In this document: positions 39,285 to 49,771 of the stretch, piece after piece | Layout: each line of letters starts with the position of its first letter | Numbering within the stretch: position 1 is the first letter of the stretch | From: Bacteroidota bacterium | GTDB taxonomy: Bacteria > Bacteroidota > Rhodothermia > Rhodothermales > UBA10348 | DNA length: 64,000 nt | NCBI GenBank assembly: GCA_029262855.1 | Contig: JAJCYP010000076.1 | Span: 4,784-68,783 of the forward strand | Direction of reading: 5' to 3' | Notes under the pieces: model-generated | Told to the model about the DNA's origin: nothing | Database searches by the model: none | Seen by the model: the letters and a program-made list of their open reading frames with translations, nothing else | Made by a program: the position numbers and the translations under genes

Positions 39285-40799
39285 TCAGTGGGCGTGGCCT
39301 TCGGCCGCGATTTCAGACGTGCTCAACGAGCCCAAATACACTTGGTAGGCGCCAACGGTCACAACGTGTTCGCCCGCCGACAGCCCGCTCTCGACCAGCG
39401 TCTGGAGACCATCGGTTTCCCCGAGACTCAACCGCCTCCTGGCGAAAGACTCGCCTCCGATCTGCACATACGCGACGGGCTGGCCATCCTCGCGGAGAAT
39501 GGCCTCATTCGGAATCGTTATCCCGGACCTCGCGCCACCCACTTCCAGCAATGCCACCGCAAATTGGCCAATCTTCAGAGAGCGATCCGAGTTCGTCACC
39601 GTCGAGATGACCGGCAGCGTTCGCGTTTCCGGATCTATGACCGCTCCGATGGAGACGATCCGGCGGGACCAGTACCGACGGCTGGTCCCCTCCACCGTGA
39701 AACTCGCCCCGGCGGCGTCATTGACCAAGGCCGTCTGACTGGCGGGGATGTTCAGCCGGAGCCAGACCTCATCGGGATCTACAACAACGAACAGGCTCTG
39801 GCCGGACTCCACTCGCTGGCCGGGAACGAACGTTCGGGATTGCACGATACCAGAGATTGGGGACCGGGCGACGTACTCGTATCCCTTGCTTGCCCCGCCC
39901 ATGGCCCCCAGCGCGGCCTGAGACAGTTCGAGATCGTGGCGTGCCTCGATGAGCCGTCGCTCTGGGATGGCCTCGGCGGCGAAGAGTCTTTCGAGCCGTT
40001 CCACTTCCCGGTTGAGTCGCTGTCCGTCTGCCACGGCCCGGGCGAACGAATTGTCCTGACTCGTCGGGGACAGGACGACCATCGTCTGGCCAGCCCGGAC
40101 GCGGCTACCGACCGCTGGCGCATTCAGATTGGTTTGCGCGCGCGCCAGGCCGCTCACGGGAGACGCCACCTCCGCCACCCGGCCCGCTGCCGGCTCGATG
40201 ACACCAGTCACCTCAATCGTAGTCGGAAGCGACTCGACTCCGACCGCCACCACCTGGAAGTCGATGGGCCACTGTTGTTCTTTCAGGAACGAAATGCCGG
40301 CTGCCTCAGCCTCCTCTTCGTGCGGGATCGCACCGGGCGTTGCGTAGACCTCCACACGCCCCACGGCAATCGTGTCTGACAATTGCGGTCCACGCGCAAT
40401 CATGGCGAGTTGATAGGTACCGGCGGTGGAGATCAGTGGTCTCGGCGTGTAGATGCCCGGCCTGGCAGGCGAGGCGGAGACTGTGGACTGAACCGTACCG
40501 TCTGCGGCCCTGAACACCAGTTCCAGTCCCCCTTCGGTCACCGGACTGAAGTCTGACAGCCGTGTGAGGTGGACCGCCCAGGGCTCACTTTCCACGCCGG
40601 CAACCATCGGCGGATACTCGAAAAACAACTCGCTCGCTTCGGTCCAGACAGTGACGGCGATGCCAGCGTGCTCCTGCTCACCAGAGGTGGTCCCAGCGGG
40701 CAGGCCATCGCTGGAGCAGGCCGCGAGTCCAAGAACCAACGTTGCCGGCAGGAATACCGTACTACGAATGCGTCGTAATAGCCGTGTGGATGTGCGCAT
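39285..40799 (-). CDS. RND periplasmic adaptor (CzcB/CusB family) lipoprotein, system 3
   Basis: Lipoprotein signal ...LGLAACSS. MFP domains. Confidence 0.8.
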   Translation of the reverse strand: MRTSTRLLRRIRSTVFLPATLVLGLAACSSDGLPAGTTSGEQEHAGIAVTVWTEASELFFEYPPMVAGVESEPWAVHLTRLSDFSPVTEGGLELVFRAADGTVQSTVSASPARPGIYTPRPLISTAGTYQLAMIARGPQLSDTIAVGRVEVYATPGAIPHEEEAEAAGISFLKEQQWPIDFQVVAVGVESLPTTIEVTGVIEPAAGRVAEVASPVSGLARAQTNLNAPAVGSRVRAGQTMVVLSPTSQDNSFARAVADGQRLNREVERLERLFAAEAIPERRLIEARHDLELSQAALGAMGGASKGYEYVARSPISGIVQSRTFVPGQRVESGQSLFVVVDPDEVWLRLNIPASQTALVNDAAGASFTVEGTSRRYWSRRIVSIGAVIDPETRTLPVISTVTNSDRSLKIGQFAVALLEVGGARSGITIPNEAILREDGQPVAYVQIGGESFARRRLSLGETDGLQTLVESGLSAGEHVVTVGAYQVYLGSLSTSEIAAEGHAH

Positions 40800-40802
40800 G
40801 GA

Positions 40803-42053
40803 TCAGGGGATATCGTGACCAACGGCCAACGTCAAATTGAAGTAGGCCATCCGTAGATCGGCCTCAAGGTCAATGAGCATCCGACGCGCGTCCCGGAAGG
40901 CGTCCGCCGCGTCAAGTAATTCAAGCACCGACATTTCGCCTTCCACGTAGCCTGTCTCAGCCGACTCAATCATGGAGTCCATGTCAACAAGAAGTTGGTC
41001 GGACAAGAGGTCTCGCTGATCCCACAGGGCGGCATAGGAGGCGTAGGCGAGGCGCACCTCGCCCTCCACCAGACTCTGGGCTTGGGCAATTCTCGCCCCC
41101 GACGCTGCAAAGCGGGCCTCATTGGCCTGGATGAGTCCGCGGTTCCGATTCCGAATCGGCAGGTCAAATGAAAGTCCGATCAGCAGGCCGCGGAATCCGT
41201 CGGACTGGCGTTTGAATCCACCCAGAACTGTCGGCGAAGGTGTTCGTGACCTCGTGACGAAGTCGAGGTCGGCCTGCGCCGCCTCAGCCGACGCGCGAGC
41301 ACTCACCAGTTCGGACCTGCTCGTCCGGGCCAGCTCCAATGCGCGCTGCAGCGTTATCTCACGAGACGGCGGCGCCGTCTCAAGGCGGGGTGCAAGGCTG
41401 GTCGCGGGGCTTTCCGGCAAGATTAACTGGGAAAGCAGGCGCCGTGCATCCCGCACTCCTGACATCGCCCTTCCAAGCTGGAGTTCGTACCGCGCCCGCT
41501 CAAGCCTGAGCCGGCGGAGGCTGTACCCGGATATCTCTCCAGAGTCTTTCTGGACCACACCGTCCTGCTCCGCCTTGCGAAACAGTTCGACCAACTCCTC
41601 CAGGACGAGGACGTGTTCCTCCTCGCGGACCGCGGTGACGAAGGCTTCCTTGACCCGCAACGCCGTTCGAGCACTGTCGACGCTGAAGTTGGCTCGTGCC
41701 GCCGCAGCCAGTCGATCCGCCGCGAGTGTCCGCGCAGACCGGATGCCCGGCCATTCAATGCGCTGACTCAGGTTGACGTACGTCTCCGAATCGGTCTGCC
41801 CGTCCCGCCACTTCGGCTCGTGGGAAACGGACAATCCGGGATTGGGGTATGCAGCCGCCTGGCGGGCGAGTGAGGCCATTTCGGCCGCCCTCGACCTCGA
41901 TATGGTCAGACTCAGGTTGTTCTCGGCGAATAGCGCCAACGCCTCGTCGAGATTGACGCGCCGAGGTTCGACCTGCGCTGTGGCTGGGCTCGACGAAAGC
42001 AGTAAGGCTGCCAGCAGGCTCAGAAGAAGAGGCGTACGGCCCTTGTGTGGCAC
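40803..42053 (-). CDS. outer membrane efflux factor (CzcC/TolC family), system 3
   Basis: Signal peptide. OEP repeats. Confidence 0.8.
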   Translation of the reverse strand: MPHKGRTPLLLSLLAALLLSSSPATAQVEPRRVNLDEALALFAENNLSLTISRSRAAEMASLARQAAAYPNPGLSVSHEPKWRDGQTDSETYVNLSQRIEWPGIRSARTLAADRLAAAARANFSVDSARTALRVKEAFVTAVREEEHVLVLEELVELFRKAEQDGVVQKDSGEISGYSLRRLRLERARYELQLGRAMSGVRDARRLLSQLILPESPATSLAPRLETAPPSREITLQRALELARTSRSELVSARASAEAAQADLDFVTRSRTPSPTVLGGFKRQSDGFRGLLIGLSFDLPIRNRNRGLIQANEARFAASGARIAQAQSLVEGEVRLAYASYAALWDQRDLLSDQLLVDMDSMIESAETGYVEGEMSVLELLDAADAFRDARRMLIDLEADLRMAYFNLTLAVGHDIP

Positions 42054-42153
42054 GGTGAGAGCGGGATGATGATGAATGAGCGACCCGCAGGTCGCGACGT
42101 TGAAACAGCACGGGGGCTGTGACGCAGATAGTAGGCCGCCGCTCCTGTAGTGC

Positions 42154-42184
42154 TCCTTTCGCGTACCTTTCGTTTTTCAAAGGT
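42154..42184. promoter_or_regulatory. candidate OmpR-family regulator box: direct repeat CCTTTCG at 11-bp phasing plus overlapping imperfect inverted repeat
   Basis: CCTTTCG at 42154-42160 and 42165-42171. Inverted repeat TACCTTTC/CAAAGGTA. Lies in the divergent region between system 3 and the regulator gene. Confidence 0.3.
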
Positions 42185-42190
42185 ATCCAG

Positions 42191-42926
42191 CGTGCCCTCT
42201 CCGCCCCTGGCAGTTCTGATCGTGGAAGACGAGGCAAGTCTCGCGGCCCCGCTTCGTCGTGGCCTGTTGGAGGAAGGGTATGCCGTGCGAGTCGTGGCAT
42301 CAGCGGAGAGCGGCCTGGACGAACTCGCCACCGGTGAGTACGATCTGGCCATTGTCGACTGGAGGTTGCAGGGGATGGACGGCCGCGACTTGATCCTGGA
42401 GGTCAGGCGGCGCGACTCGAACATCCCCATTCTCATGCTCACCGCCATGCGCGATCTGGACCACCGGGTTGCCGGTCTTGACGCCGGGGCCGACGACTAC
42501 CTGACCAAGCCGTTTGCGTTCGAAGAACTTCTGGCCAGGCTCCGAGCACTCTCGCGTCGAATCCAGGACACGATGTCAAAGCCGGCCAGTCACGAGATCC
42601 ACCTCAAGTTTGGATCAATCGAGATGGACACAGCACGTCGTACAACGACGGTAGCTGGGATGGCTGTTGACCTACGCGCCAAGGAGTACCATCTCCTGGA
42701 GCAACTCCTGCGCAGCGACGGGCACGTGGTGACTCGGACGATGATCGCAGCGCGTGTCTGGGACTCACCCTTCGGCGTTACCGACAACGCGATTGATGTC
42801 ACGGTCTCCAACCTGCGTCAAAGACTCGCGCGGCTCGAGCGCGCCGACCAGGCGGTACTGGTCGAGACGGTCCGCGGTGTGGGATATCGACTTCGACTTG
42901 CAACTGCGCCCGGTACGCAATCGTGA
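42191..42926 (+). CDS. OmpR-family response regulator (CusR/CopR/CzcR-like)
   Basis: Receiver domain (LIVEDEASL...DLAIVDWRLQGMDG) plus winged helix. Start taken at the GTG at 42191. The ORF-track ATG at 42150 would add 13 atypical residues. Confidence 0.75.
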
Positions 42927-44350
42927 CGAAGCGCGGCATCTATGTATTCTCACGCCTCTCGATATCCACCCGACTGACGGTTTGGTATGGCCTCGCTCTG
43001 GTCACTCTGCTGTTTCTCATGGGGGTCGGTGTCTACACGGGCATACACCTTAGCCTGCACGCCGATTTCGAGGCCCAGCTGGAGGCCGATGAGGCGTTGA
43101 TCCTCTCGCGGGTCCAGGTTGTCGATGGCCTGCCGGAACTGGAATGGGAGTCCCTGCCACGATCACTCCCAATCAGAATCGATGGTCCACTCGGGACCTA
43201 CGTCAGAGTGTTGGGTACCTCCGCCGAGCCCCTTGGAACGAGTCCGAATTTTGAGGAACATCCTGACTGGATCCCAACACTCCCCCTGCAAGCGCAGGCC
43301 GGGGCTCCGGCCACAGATTGGGTCGGACTGCCGGCCCGGACGAGATACGCGCCCATTGAGGATGGCGAGGGCGCGGTAGTCGGAACTCTGGAGGTGACGA
43401 GGCTGGAGTCTGAGCTTCATCGCGAACTGCATCGACTCCGCTGGATTCTGGCGATCGGTGGATTGATCGGGGCTGCGCTGGCCATTGCCAGCGGTTACGC
43501 CCTCGCGAAACAAGCCCTGCTCCCAGTGTCCCTGATCGCCGCCGCAGCGCGCCACATCGACCCTGGTCTTTCGGGGCAGAGGATACCGACGGAGTTTGGG
43601 GCTCACGACGAGCTTTCAGACCTGGCCAGTACCCTGAATGAGTTATTGGAGCGCCTGGATGCGTCCTTTGAGCGCGAGCGGCGCTTCAGGGCTGATGCGG
43701 CCCACGAGATGTTCACCCCCATTTCCGCCATGCGCAGCGAGATCGATGTCACCCTGCGACATCCGCGCGACGGATCAGGCTACGTCGGGACGTTGCGCAC
43801 CCTCGACGAACATCTTATGCGGCTGTCGCGGATTGTGGATGACCTGCTACACTTGGCGCGCGCGGAATCTGACACCACCCCGGCCCGGGTCCCGGCGGAC
43901 CTCCGGGAGGTAACCCGGGAAGTTCTCGACCGCCTCCGAGGTCCCGCCGAGGCAGGCGGAGTCATATTGTCCCTGCAGAGCTGCGAGCCAGGATGTCAGG
44001 TGCCCATTGACGCCGTCCATCTGGCGGTTGTGGTGGAAAACCTTGTCGACAACGCCCTGAAGTACACCCCTTCCGGTGGGACGGCGTCTGTGGGCATCGG
44101 GGCGGAGCGCGACCAGGTTATTCTGAGGGTTCGCGACACCGGCGTTGGCTTTTCACCGGAGGAGGCTGAGCGCGTATTCGATCGCTTCTACCGATCGGGT
44201 CGTGGAACGGCGCGGGGGAATGGCCTCGGGCTCTCGATCGCGAAGGCCATTGTCACCGCCCACGGAGGCAGCATTGAGGCCTTCAGTTCCGGCGCCAACA
44301 TGGGGGCCGAGTTTCTTGTGCGCCTGCCCGCCGTGCTGGACTCTGATTGA
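42923..44350 (+). CDS. sensor histidine kinase (CusS/CopS-like)
   Basis: Two TM helices with a periplasmic loop, HAMP, HisKA (AHEMFTPIS), HATPase. Confidence 0.8.
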   Translation: MTKRGIYVFSRLSISTRLTVWYGLALVTLLFLMGVGVYTGIHLSLHADFEAQLEADEALILSRVQVVDGLPELEWESLPRSLPIRIDGPLGTYVRVLGTSAEPLGTSPNFEEHPDWIPTLPLQAQAGAPATDWVGLPARTRYAPIEDGEGAVVGTLEVTRLESELHRELHRLRWILAIGGLIGAALAIASGYALAKQALLPVSLIAAAARHIDPGLSGQRIPTEFGAHDELSDLASTLNELLERLDASFERERRFRADAAHEMFTPISAMRSEIDVTLRHPRDGSGYVGTLRTLDEHLMRLSRIVDDLLHLARAESDTTPARVPADLREVTREVLDRLRGPAEAGGVILSLQSCEPGCQVPIDAVHLAVVVENLVDNALKYTPSGGTASVGIGAERDQVILRVRDTGVGFSPEEAERVFDRFYRSGRGTARGNGLGLSIAKAIVTAHGGSIEAFSSGANMGAEFLVRLPAVLDSD

Positions 44351-44400
44351 GGAGCGCGTAGCGCCCGGTCTCTCACGACGAAATTGATGCCCGTCCACGA

Positions 44401-47400
44401 TCAGTCCCGATGCACCCTGTCCGGTGGGACCTTTTGTTGCCCGCGGTCACGAGGCCGGGGTTCCCGGTCACTTGCTGGACGCCGTACCTCGACCACTTCG
44501 GCGAGTGCCGCGGTCAGGTCGTCGATTTTGAGCGGTTTCTTGAGTATCGCGTCCATCCCTGCGATCCAGCATGCCTGCTGATCCTCTTCGAGGACGGCGC
44601 CTGTCAGCGCGATGATTCTCGGCATGTCTTCAGGTGCCAACACCCCCTTCATTTCCTGGGTCGCTTCGAGACCGTCCATCACGGGCATCTGGACATCCAT
44701 GAGTACGGCATCGTAGCGGGCTGACTGCGCCGCTGCGAGCGCCTCCTGTCCGTTTGTCACAACATCCGCGTCGTGTCCGAGACGAAAGAGCATCCGGGAG
44801 ATGAGCATTCGGTTGGTCGGATGATCGTCGGCCACCAGGATGCGGAGTCGAGGCTGGCGTGTTTCGGCCGCCCCCCCCTCTATGGCTGTGACCACGCCCT
44901 CGATGGCGTCCGGAAAGGCTTCATCGAGTACCCCAAACAGTGAAGAGCGCTTTATTGGTTTGCTGATAGCCTGAACGCTGTCGCCGTGATCCGCTCGATG
45001 CCCCACTGCGTGCAACACCACACGGGCCACCGTCAGGTCCCCGTTTTCGCGGCAGCGGAATGCATCGTCCAGGAGCTCGGAGCCGGGCGTGTCGGCGTCT
45101 ACCAGGACAATGTCGAACTCGGCCTGCGAATCAAGTATCGCGACGGTCTCGCGAGCTCCCTGGGCGTGATCTACAGCTACCCCCCAAAACGCCAGTTGCC
45201 GCTGGACTGCGGAGGCTGTCTCCTGAACGTGAGTAACGAGGAGCGCCCGTTTACCAGCAAACTGATCCGGCCGCGACGGTTGGGTCTGGATGGACGACTC
45301 GTCAACGGAAAGTGAAATGCTGAAGTGAAACGTAGACCCGCTGCCTTCCAGACTCTCAACGTGCAGCGAGCCGCCCATGAGCGTGCACAAACGATCGCTG
45401 ATGGCAAGACCCAGGCCTGTCCCTCCAAATTTTCTGGTCGTGGACGTGTCCGCCTGAGTGAAAGGCGCGAACAGCGTGTTCAACCGGTCTTTGGGAATTC
45501 CGATGCCCGTATCGATGACCGCGAATCGAATCGACGCTGTCTCCCCGGTGACTCTTTCGACCTCAACCCGGACTGTCACAGAGCCTGATTGCGTGAACTT
45601 CACGGCATTCGCCACCAGGTTGACCAGCACCTGTTGCAGCCGTGTCTCGTCGCCCATGAATCCGTCCGGCAACTCGGGCGAAACGTCCCCCACCAGCTCA
45701 ATTTTCTTGGCGGCTGCCTGCGCGGACAGCAGTTCAAGCACCCGCTCGACCACTTTCCGTACCGAGAACGGACTTGTATCGATCCGCGTCTTTCCCGCTT
45801 CGATCTTGGAATAGTCCAGAATATCGTTGATGATGCCCAGGAGCGAATCGCCTGAAGTCTGGATCACGCCAACGTACTCCTCCTGTTCTTTGTCGAGCTC
45901 TGTCTCGGCCAGAAGGCTGGCAAATCCAAGAACGCCGTTCATGGGCGTCCGGATCTCGTGGCTCATGTTGGCGAGAAACTGGGCCTTGACCCGCAGTGCT
46001 TTCAGAGCCTCTTCTCGCGCCTCAATCAGGGCAGCTGTCCGCTCCGACACGGTGGTTTCCAGAAGACGCTGGCGCTTTCTCAGAGACCGCGTCCGGACTT
46101 CGAATACCAGGGCGAGTCCACCCAGAATGGCCACCACCAGAACCAGCACAAACCACCAGCGCTGCCAGATGGGCGGCCGTATGGTCATCTCGTAGCCTTC
46201 GGTGGCAGCGCTCCAGTTTGTCCCGTCTACGGAGGCCTGTACCCGAAACGCGTAGGATCCGGGTTTCAGGTTTGAATAGGTTGCGAGTCGCTCGGAATGC
46301 GGAGGTGACCAGTCGGCATCGAAACCGTCCAGCATGTGCCGATACCGCATCCTCTCCGCCGCCCGGTAGCTCAGGGCGACAAAGTCGAATGTAATGTGGT
46401 TTCGGCCTGCCGGTAGCTCCAGGTTTTTCGGCAGACCGGTCCTCTCGTCGATATCGACCCCTCCGCGGGCCCAGTCTGGCCGCTCCATGAACAGTCGAAT
46501 GTCCGTGAGAATGGCCTTGGGCGCAGGGGCGCGGGTCTCGATTGCATTTGGAGCCAACCGTGACACGCCTGCCGCGTGGCCAAACCACATCGCGTCCTGA
46601 TCGTCGGCGAAGACGGCATGCAGATTCCCTTCGATGCCGATGAAGCCTTCGTGTTGGCCGTAGCGCTGCACCACAAATCTGCCGGAATGATCGAGCGTGG
46701 TCACGCCTACTCGATTCAGGCCATTATTCGTGCCCACCCAGAGATCCTCTGTCGGTCCAATCGCCATGAAGAGGACGGCATTGTCAGTCAGCCCATCGCC
46801 GGTATCAACGATGTCGATGGACACCTTATCGCCCGGCGTGGCTGGTCCATGGATGACGCTCAGTCCTCCGCCGTATGTACCGACCCAGATCCGCCCAAAT
46901 CGGTCCTCCACCAGGGTGATGGCCTCGTCGTGCGACAGGCCATCCTCCTTCGTGATGGTCCGGACCCCCCGCCCGGTGAGCACGGAGAGTCCATGCCCTC
47001 CAGCAAACCAGACGCTGCCATCCGAAGCCTGGAGGACGTCATAGATTTCCCGCTCGGCCAGTCCTTCAACCGTCCGTAGCACTGAGCCATCGGCAAGGTA
47101 CGCCCCCTCCCCCAGCGTGCCGATCCAAATTTTCCCGTTTAGACCACGTCGAATAGCGCGAACGTCATTGACGGACTCACCGGAGTCATTGAGGATCTCG
47201 GTGATCCGGTCAGACGCCAGTTGGAATACGCCCCGGGAGGTCCCCACCCAGAGCACTCCATTTTCGTCGAGGGTGACCGCGCGGACACTGCGTCCTCTGA
47301 ACGGGGTGTCGTCAAAAGGAACCGGATCCATGGACCCGGCTGCGAATCGCTTGAGCCCGCCCTCGAGACCGAACCAGTAGTCTCCATCCCGATCCTGGGC

Positions 47401-48390
47401 GATGTTCCAGACGGTCCTCCCGTCGAATCGCTCCAGGTCGTTCATGTGGGTGAACGGACTGTGGGTATAAAAGAATACGCCTTTGCCGCTCGTGCCGATG
47501 TAGACGTTGGACTCATGATCTGTCGCCAGACTCCAGACGGGCACCGCTTGAAGTGCGCGCGATCGAATGGGGGAAACCACTCCGTTCTCGAAGATGGAAA
47601 CCCCGACCTCGGTGCCTATCCAGATTGCGCCCAGACGGTCTTCCAGGAGCGCGCGCACGCGATTGTTACCCAACCCATCAGAGACATCAACCGTTTCGAA
47701 AGCGTGCCCGTCCCATCGCGCAGCCCCGTGATCGGTCCCAACCCAGACTTCGCCGTTTTGTGTTTCCATCAGGGCGGTCACACTGTTGTCCGGAAGTCCG
47801 TCCCGGGTGCTTACGTGCATCCAGGTACCCCGCTGCATGCGATACATGCCCGAGCCGGAGGTGCCCACCCATAATTCGCCGTTTCGGGCGGAGAGGAGAG
47901 ACAGCACCGGCACATCGCGGGCCGGGCCCTGTGGGCGAAAGGCGCCTCCACGCATCACAAACGTACCGGCCTCGGTAGCGGCCCAGAGGCGGCCCGAGTG
48001 GTCCTGCGCCAGGTCGTAGACCTTGTGCTTCGGATCCAGGCCTGGGACCGCCGTGATCTTCCCGCCGACCATTCGGTTAACGCCGGTTCGGGTTGCGAAC
48101 CAAAGTGTGCCGTCGGTGGATTCGCGGATCTTGAAGACGGAATTCGAGAGCAGCCCGTCTTCCGTTGTAAAGACTTCGAACCCGACCCCGTCGAATCTGG
48201 CGACGCCACCGCCGAACGTGGCAAACCAGACGAAACCGCGACTGTCCTGGTGAATGTCCCATACCTGGGACTGCGGCAGGCCGTCAGCCAACGAGAGATT
48301 GCCCAACAGGTGCTGCGCCTGTGTCGAGACCGGGGCGGCCAACGAAACCACAAGAGCGATCCAGAGGGGGAAGATCGCGTTACATTTCAT
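44401..48390 (-). CDS. hybrid sensor histidine kinase with N-terminal beta-propeller/Y_Y_Y sensor, TM, HisKA-HATPase and two receiver domains
   Basis: 1329 aa. Signal peptide, then repeated WF/WV..T..G propeller motifs, TM WWFVLVLVVAILGGLALVF, H-box SHEIRTPMNGV, and a C-terminal receiver (RILVADDHPTNR...DVQMPVMDG). Confidence 0.85.
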   Translation of the reverse strand: MKCNAIFPLWIALVVSLAAPVSTQAQHLLGNLSLADGLPQSQVWDIHQDSRGFVWFATFGGGVARFDGVGFEVFTTEDGLLSNSVFKIRESTDGTLWFATRTGVNRMVGGKITAVPGLDPKHKVYDLAQDHSGRLWAATEAGTFVMRGGAFRPQGPARDVPVLSLLSARNGELWVGTSGSGMYRMQRGTWMHVSTRDGLPDNSVTALMETQNGEVWVGTDHGAARWDGHAFETVDVSDGLGNNRVRALLEDRLGAIWIGTEVGVSIFENGVVSPIRSRALQAVPVWSLATDHESNVYIGTSGKGVFFYTHSPFTHMNDLERFDGRTVWNIAQDRDGDYWFGLEGGLKRFAAGSMDPVPFDDTPFRGRSVRAVTLDENGVLWVGTSRGVFQLASDRITEILNDSGESVNDVRAIRRGLNGKIWIGTLGEGAYLADGSVLRTVEGLAEREIYDVLQASDGSVWFAGGHGLSVLTGRGVRTITKEDGLSHDEAITLVEDRFGRIWVGTYGGGLSVIHGPATPGDKVSIDIVDTGDGLTDNAVLFMAIGPTEDLWVGTNNGLNRVGVTTLDHSGRFVVQRYGQHEGFIGIEGNLHAVFADDQDAMWFGHAAGVSRLAPNAIETRAPAPKAILTDIRLFMERPDWARGGVDIDERTGLPKNLELPAGRNHITFDFVALSYRAAERMRYRHMLDGFDADWSPPHSERLATYSNLKPGSYAFRVQASVDGTNWSAATEGYEMTIRPPIWQRWWFVLVLVVAILGGLALVFEVRTRSLRKRQRLLETTVSERTAALIEAREEALKALRVKAQFLANMSHEIRTPMNGVLGFASLLAETELDKEQEEYVGVIQTSGDSLLGIINDILDYSKIEAGKTRIDTSPFSVRKVVERVLELLSAQAAAKKIELVGDVSPELPDGFMGDETRLQQVLVNLVANAVKFTQSGSVTVRVEVERVTGETASIRFAVIDTGIGIPKDRLNTLFAPFTQADTSTTRKFGGTGLGLAISDRLCTLMGGSLHVESLEGSGSTFHFSISLSVDESSIQTQPSRPDQFAGKRALLVTHVQETASAVQRQLAFWGVAVDHAQGARETVAILDSQAEFDIVLVDADTPGSELLDDAFRCRENGDLTVARVVLHAVGHRADHGDSVQAISKPIKRSSLFGVLDEAFPDAIEGVVTAIEGGAAETRQPRLRILVADDHPTNRMLISRMLFRLGHDADVVTNGQEALAAAQSARYDAVLMDVQMPVMDGLEATQEMKGVLAPEDMPRIIALTGAVLEEDQQACWIAGMDAILKKPLKIDDLTAALAEVVEVRRPASDREPRPRDRGQQKVPPDRVHRD

Positions 48391-48394
48391 GTGG

Positions 48395-49120
48395 TTAGCC
48401 CGTGCTTCCGATTGTTGCCCGATGTGCTTCTGCCTCCTTCAACTCGTGACGGAGAAGATTCGAGTCAACCGGTTTGGTCAGGTAGGCCACCATGCCGACC
48501 CGCTGACACTCGGTTCTGGCCTGCTGGGTAACATCAGCGGTGACGGCCACGACTCGGGGCGGGGGTACCAGCCGGGCCACAATGGCTTCGGTAGCTTCGA
48601 TGCCTCCCATGCGCGGCATGTGCAGATCCATCAGGATGGCATCGTAAGGTTTCGCAATGGCCATCTCTACCGCTTGCTCGCCGTCCATGGCGATGTCGGC
48701 TTCGTAGCCCATCCGTCGCAGCAATAGCTGCATGACCTTCCGATTGATTGGATTGTCCTCGGCCACGAGGATCTGGAGACCGAGATCTTCCGCCGAGGCG
48801 TCGTCCGCAGCAACCCGATCCGTGCCCGAGTCGGAGGTAGTCAATGGGGGCTCGGTCTGGACCCGGGAGGACGCTGCGGCCTCGGCTTCTTTGGGCGCTG
48901 CGTTGGAGTTTGCCTCGCGGGCGCCGGGCGGAACCGGTGAGCGATCCGCGGAAGCTCCAGCAACTTCCTGTTCTGGAGGCTTGGCGGACACGTCGTCCTC
49001 GGTTTGTGTACGATCAGAACGACTCGCCCCGAAGGCCTTGAGTGCTGAAAACACTCCGCCGATGAGCCAAATGGACTCTAGGAGCCCTAACGATGTAAGG
49101 GGGACGACGGTGTACATCAT
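48395..49120 (-). CDS. receiver-domain (REC-only) protein with N-terminal TM segment
   Basis: LQILVAEDNPINRKVMQ...DLHMPRMGG receiver domain. N-terminus MMYTVVPLTSLGLL... An upstream ATG at 49159 is also possible. Confidence 0.65.
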   Translation of the reverse strand: MMYTVVPLTSLGLLESIWLIGGVFSALKAFGASRSDRTQTEDDVSAKPPEQEVAGASADRSPVPPGAREANSNAAPKEAEAAASSRVQTEPPLTTSDSGTDRVAADDASAEDLGLQILVAEDNPINRKVMQLLLRRMGYEADIAMDGEQAVEMAIAKPYDAILMDLHMPRMGGIEATEAIVARLVPPPRVVAVTADVTQQARTECQRVGMVAYLTKPVDSNLLRHELKEAEAHRATIGSTG

Positions 49121-49189
49121 CTTCCTGGTGTGGTGAATACTCCTTATATCGGCCGCCACGCGAAGTAATCAAGGGAGCTGGTCTGATTT

Positions 49190-49762
49190 ATGCACGGCCC
49201 AGAGTCCAGCCGCAGCCTTTCAACCTTCCGTTCTATAGCCTTCGCCCTCATGGACTTACTCGCACTGCTCCAGAACCGCCCGGCAGAATTCAACGCGTGG
49301 CGGAAAAGAAATCCGGAGGCCGAAGTCGATCTGTCTGGTTCTGACCTTTCGGGGCGTCACCTGGAGAAGGCAGACTTCAGCAATGCCAATCTGGCAGGCA
49401 CGACGTTCGCTGTCGGTGACTTTGCCGGTGCCGACTTCTCGGGCGCAGATCTGTCGGGTGCTTCGTTCACGGGTGCAGATCTGAGCAACTGCCGATTTGA
49501 GACCGCCCATATGGCTGGTTGCGACCTGAGCTACGCCACCCTGACACTCGCCAATTTGAAGGGAGCCGACCTGGCCGGCGCCCGGCTCACGGAAGCCCTT
49601 CTGCACGGCTGCAACCTGTCTGGCGCGCACATGGATGGCGCGGTGCTGCGTCGAGCCATCCTCACCGGTGCCAACCTCTCCGGTGCCGACCTCTCTGGCG
49701 CAGACCTGACGGGCGCTTCGCTCGACGGAGCCGTCATGCCGATTTCCCTTGCCGCAGGTTGA
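49190..49762 (+). CDS. pentapeptide-repeat protein
   Basis: Tandem A(D/N)LSG pentapeptides over about 150 aa. Confidence 0.8.
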   Translation: MHGPESSRSLSTFRSIAFALMDLLALLQNRPAEFNAWRKRNPEAEVDLSGSDLSGRHLEKADFSNANLAGTTFAVGDFAGADFSGADLSGASFTGADLSNCRFETAHMAGCDLSYATLTLANLKGADLAGARLTEALLHGCNLSGAHMDGAVLRRAILTGANLSGADLSGADLTGASLDGAVMPISLAAG

Positions 49763-49771
49763 GGCCGCCCT

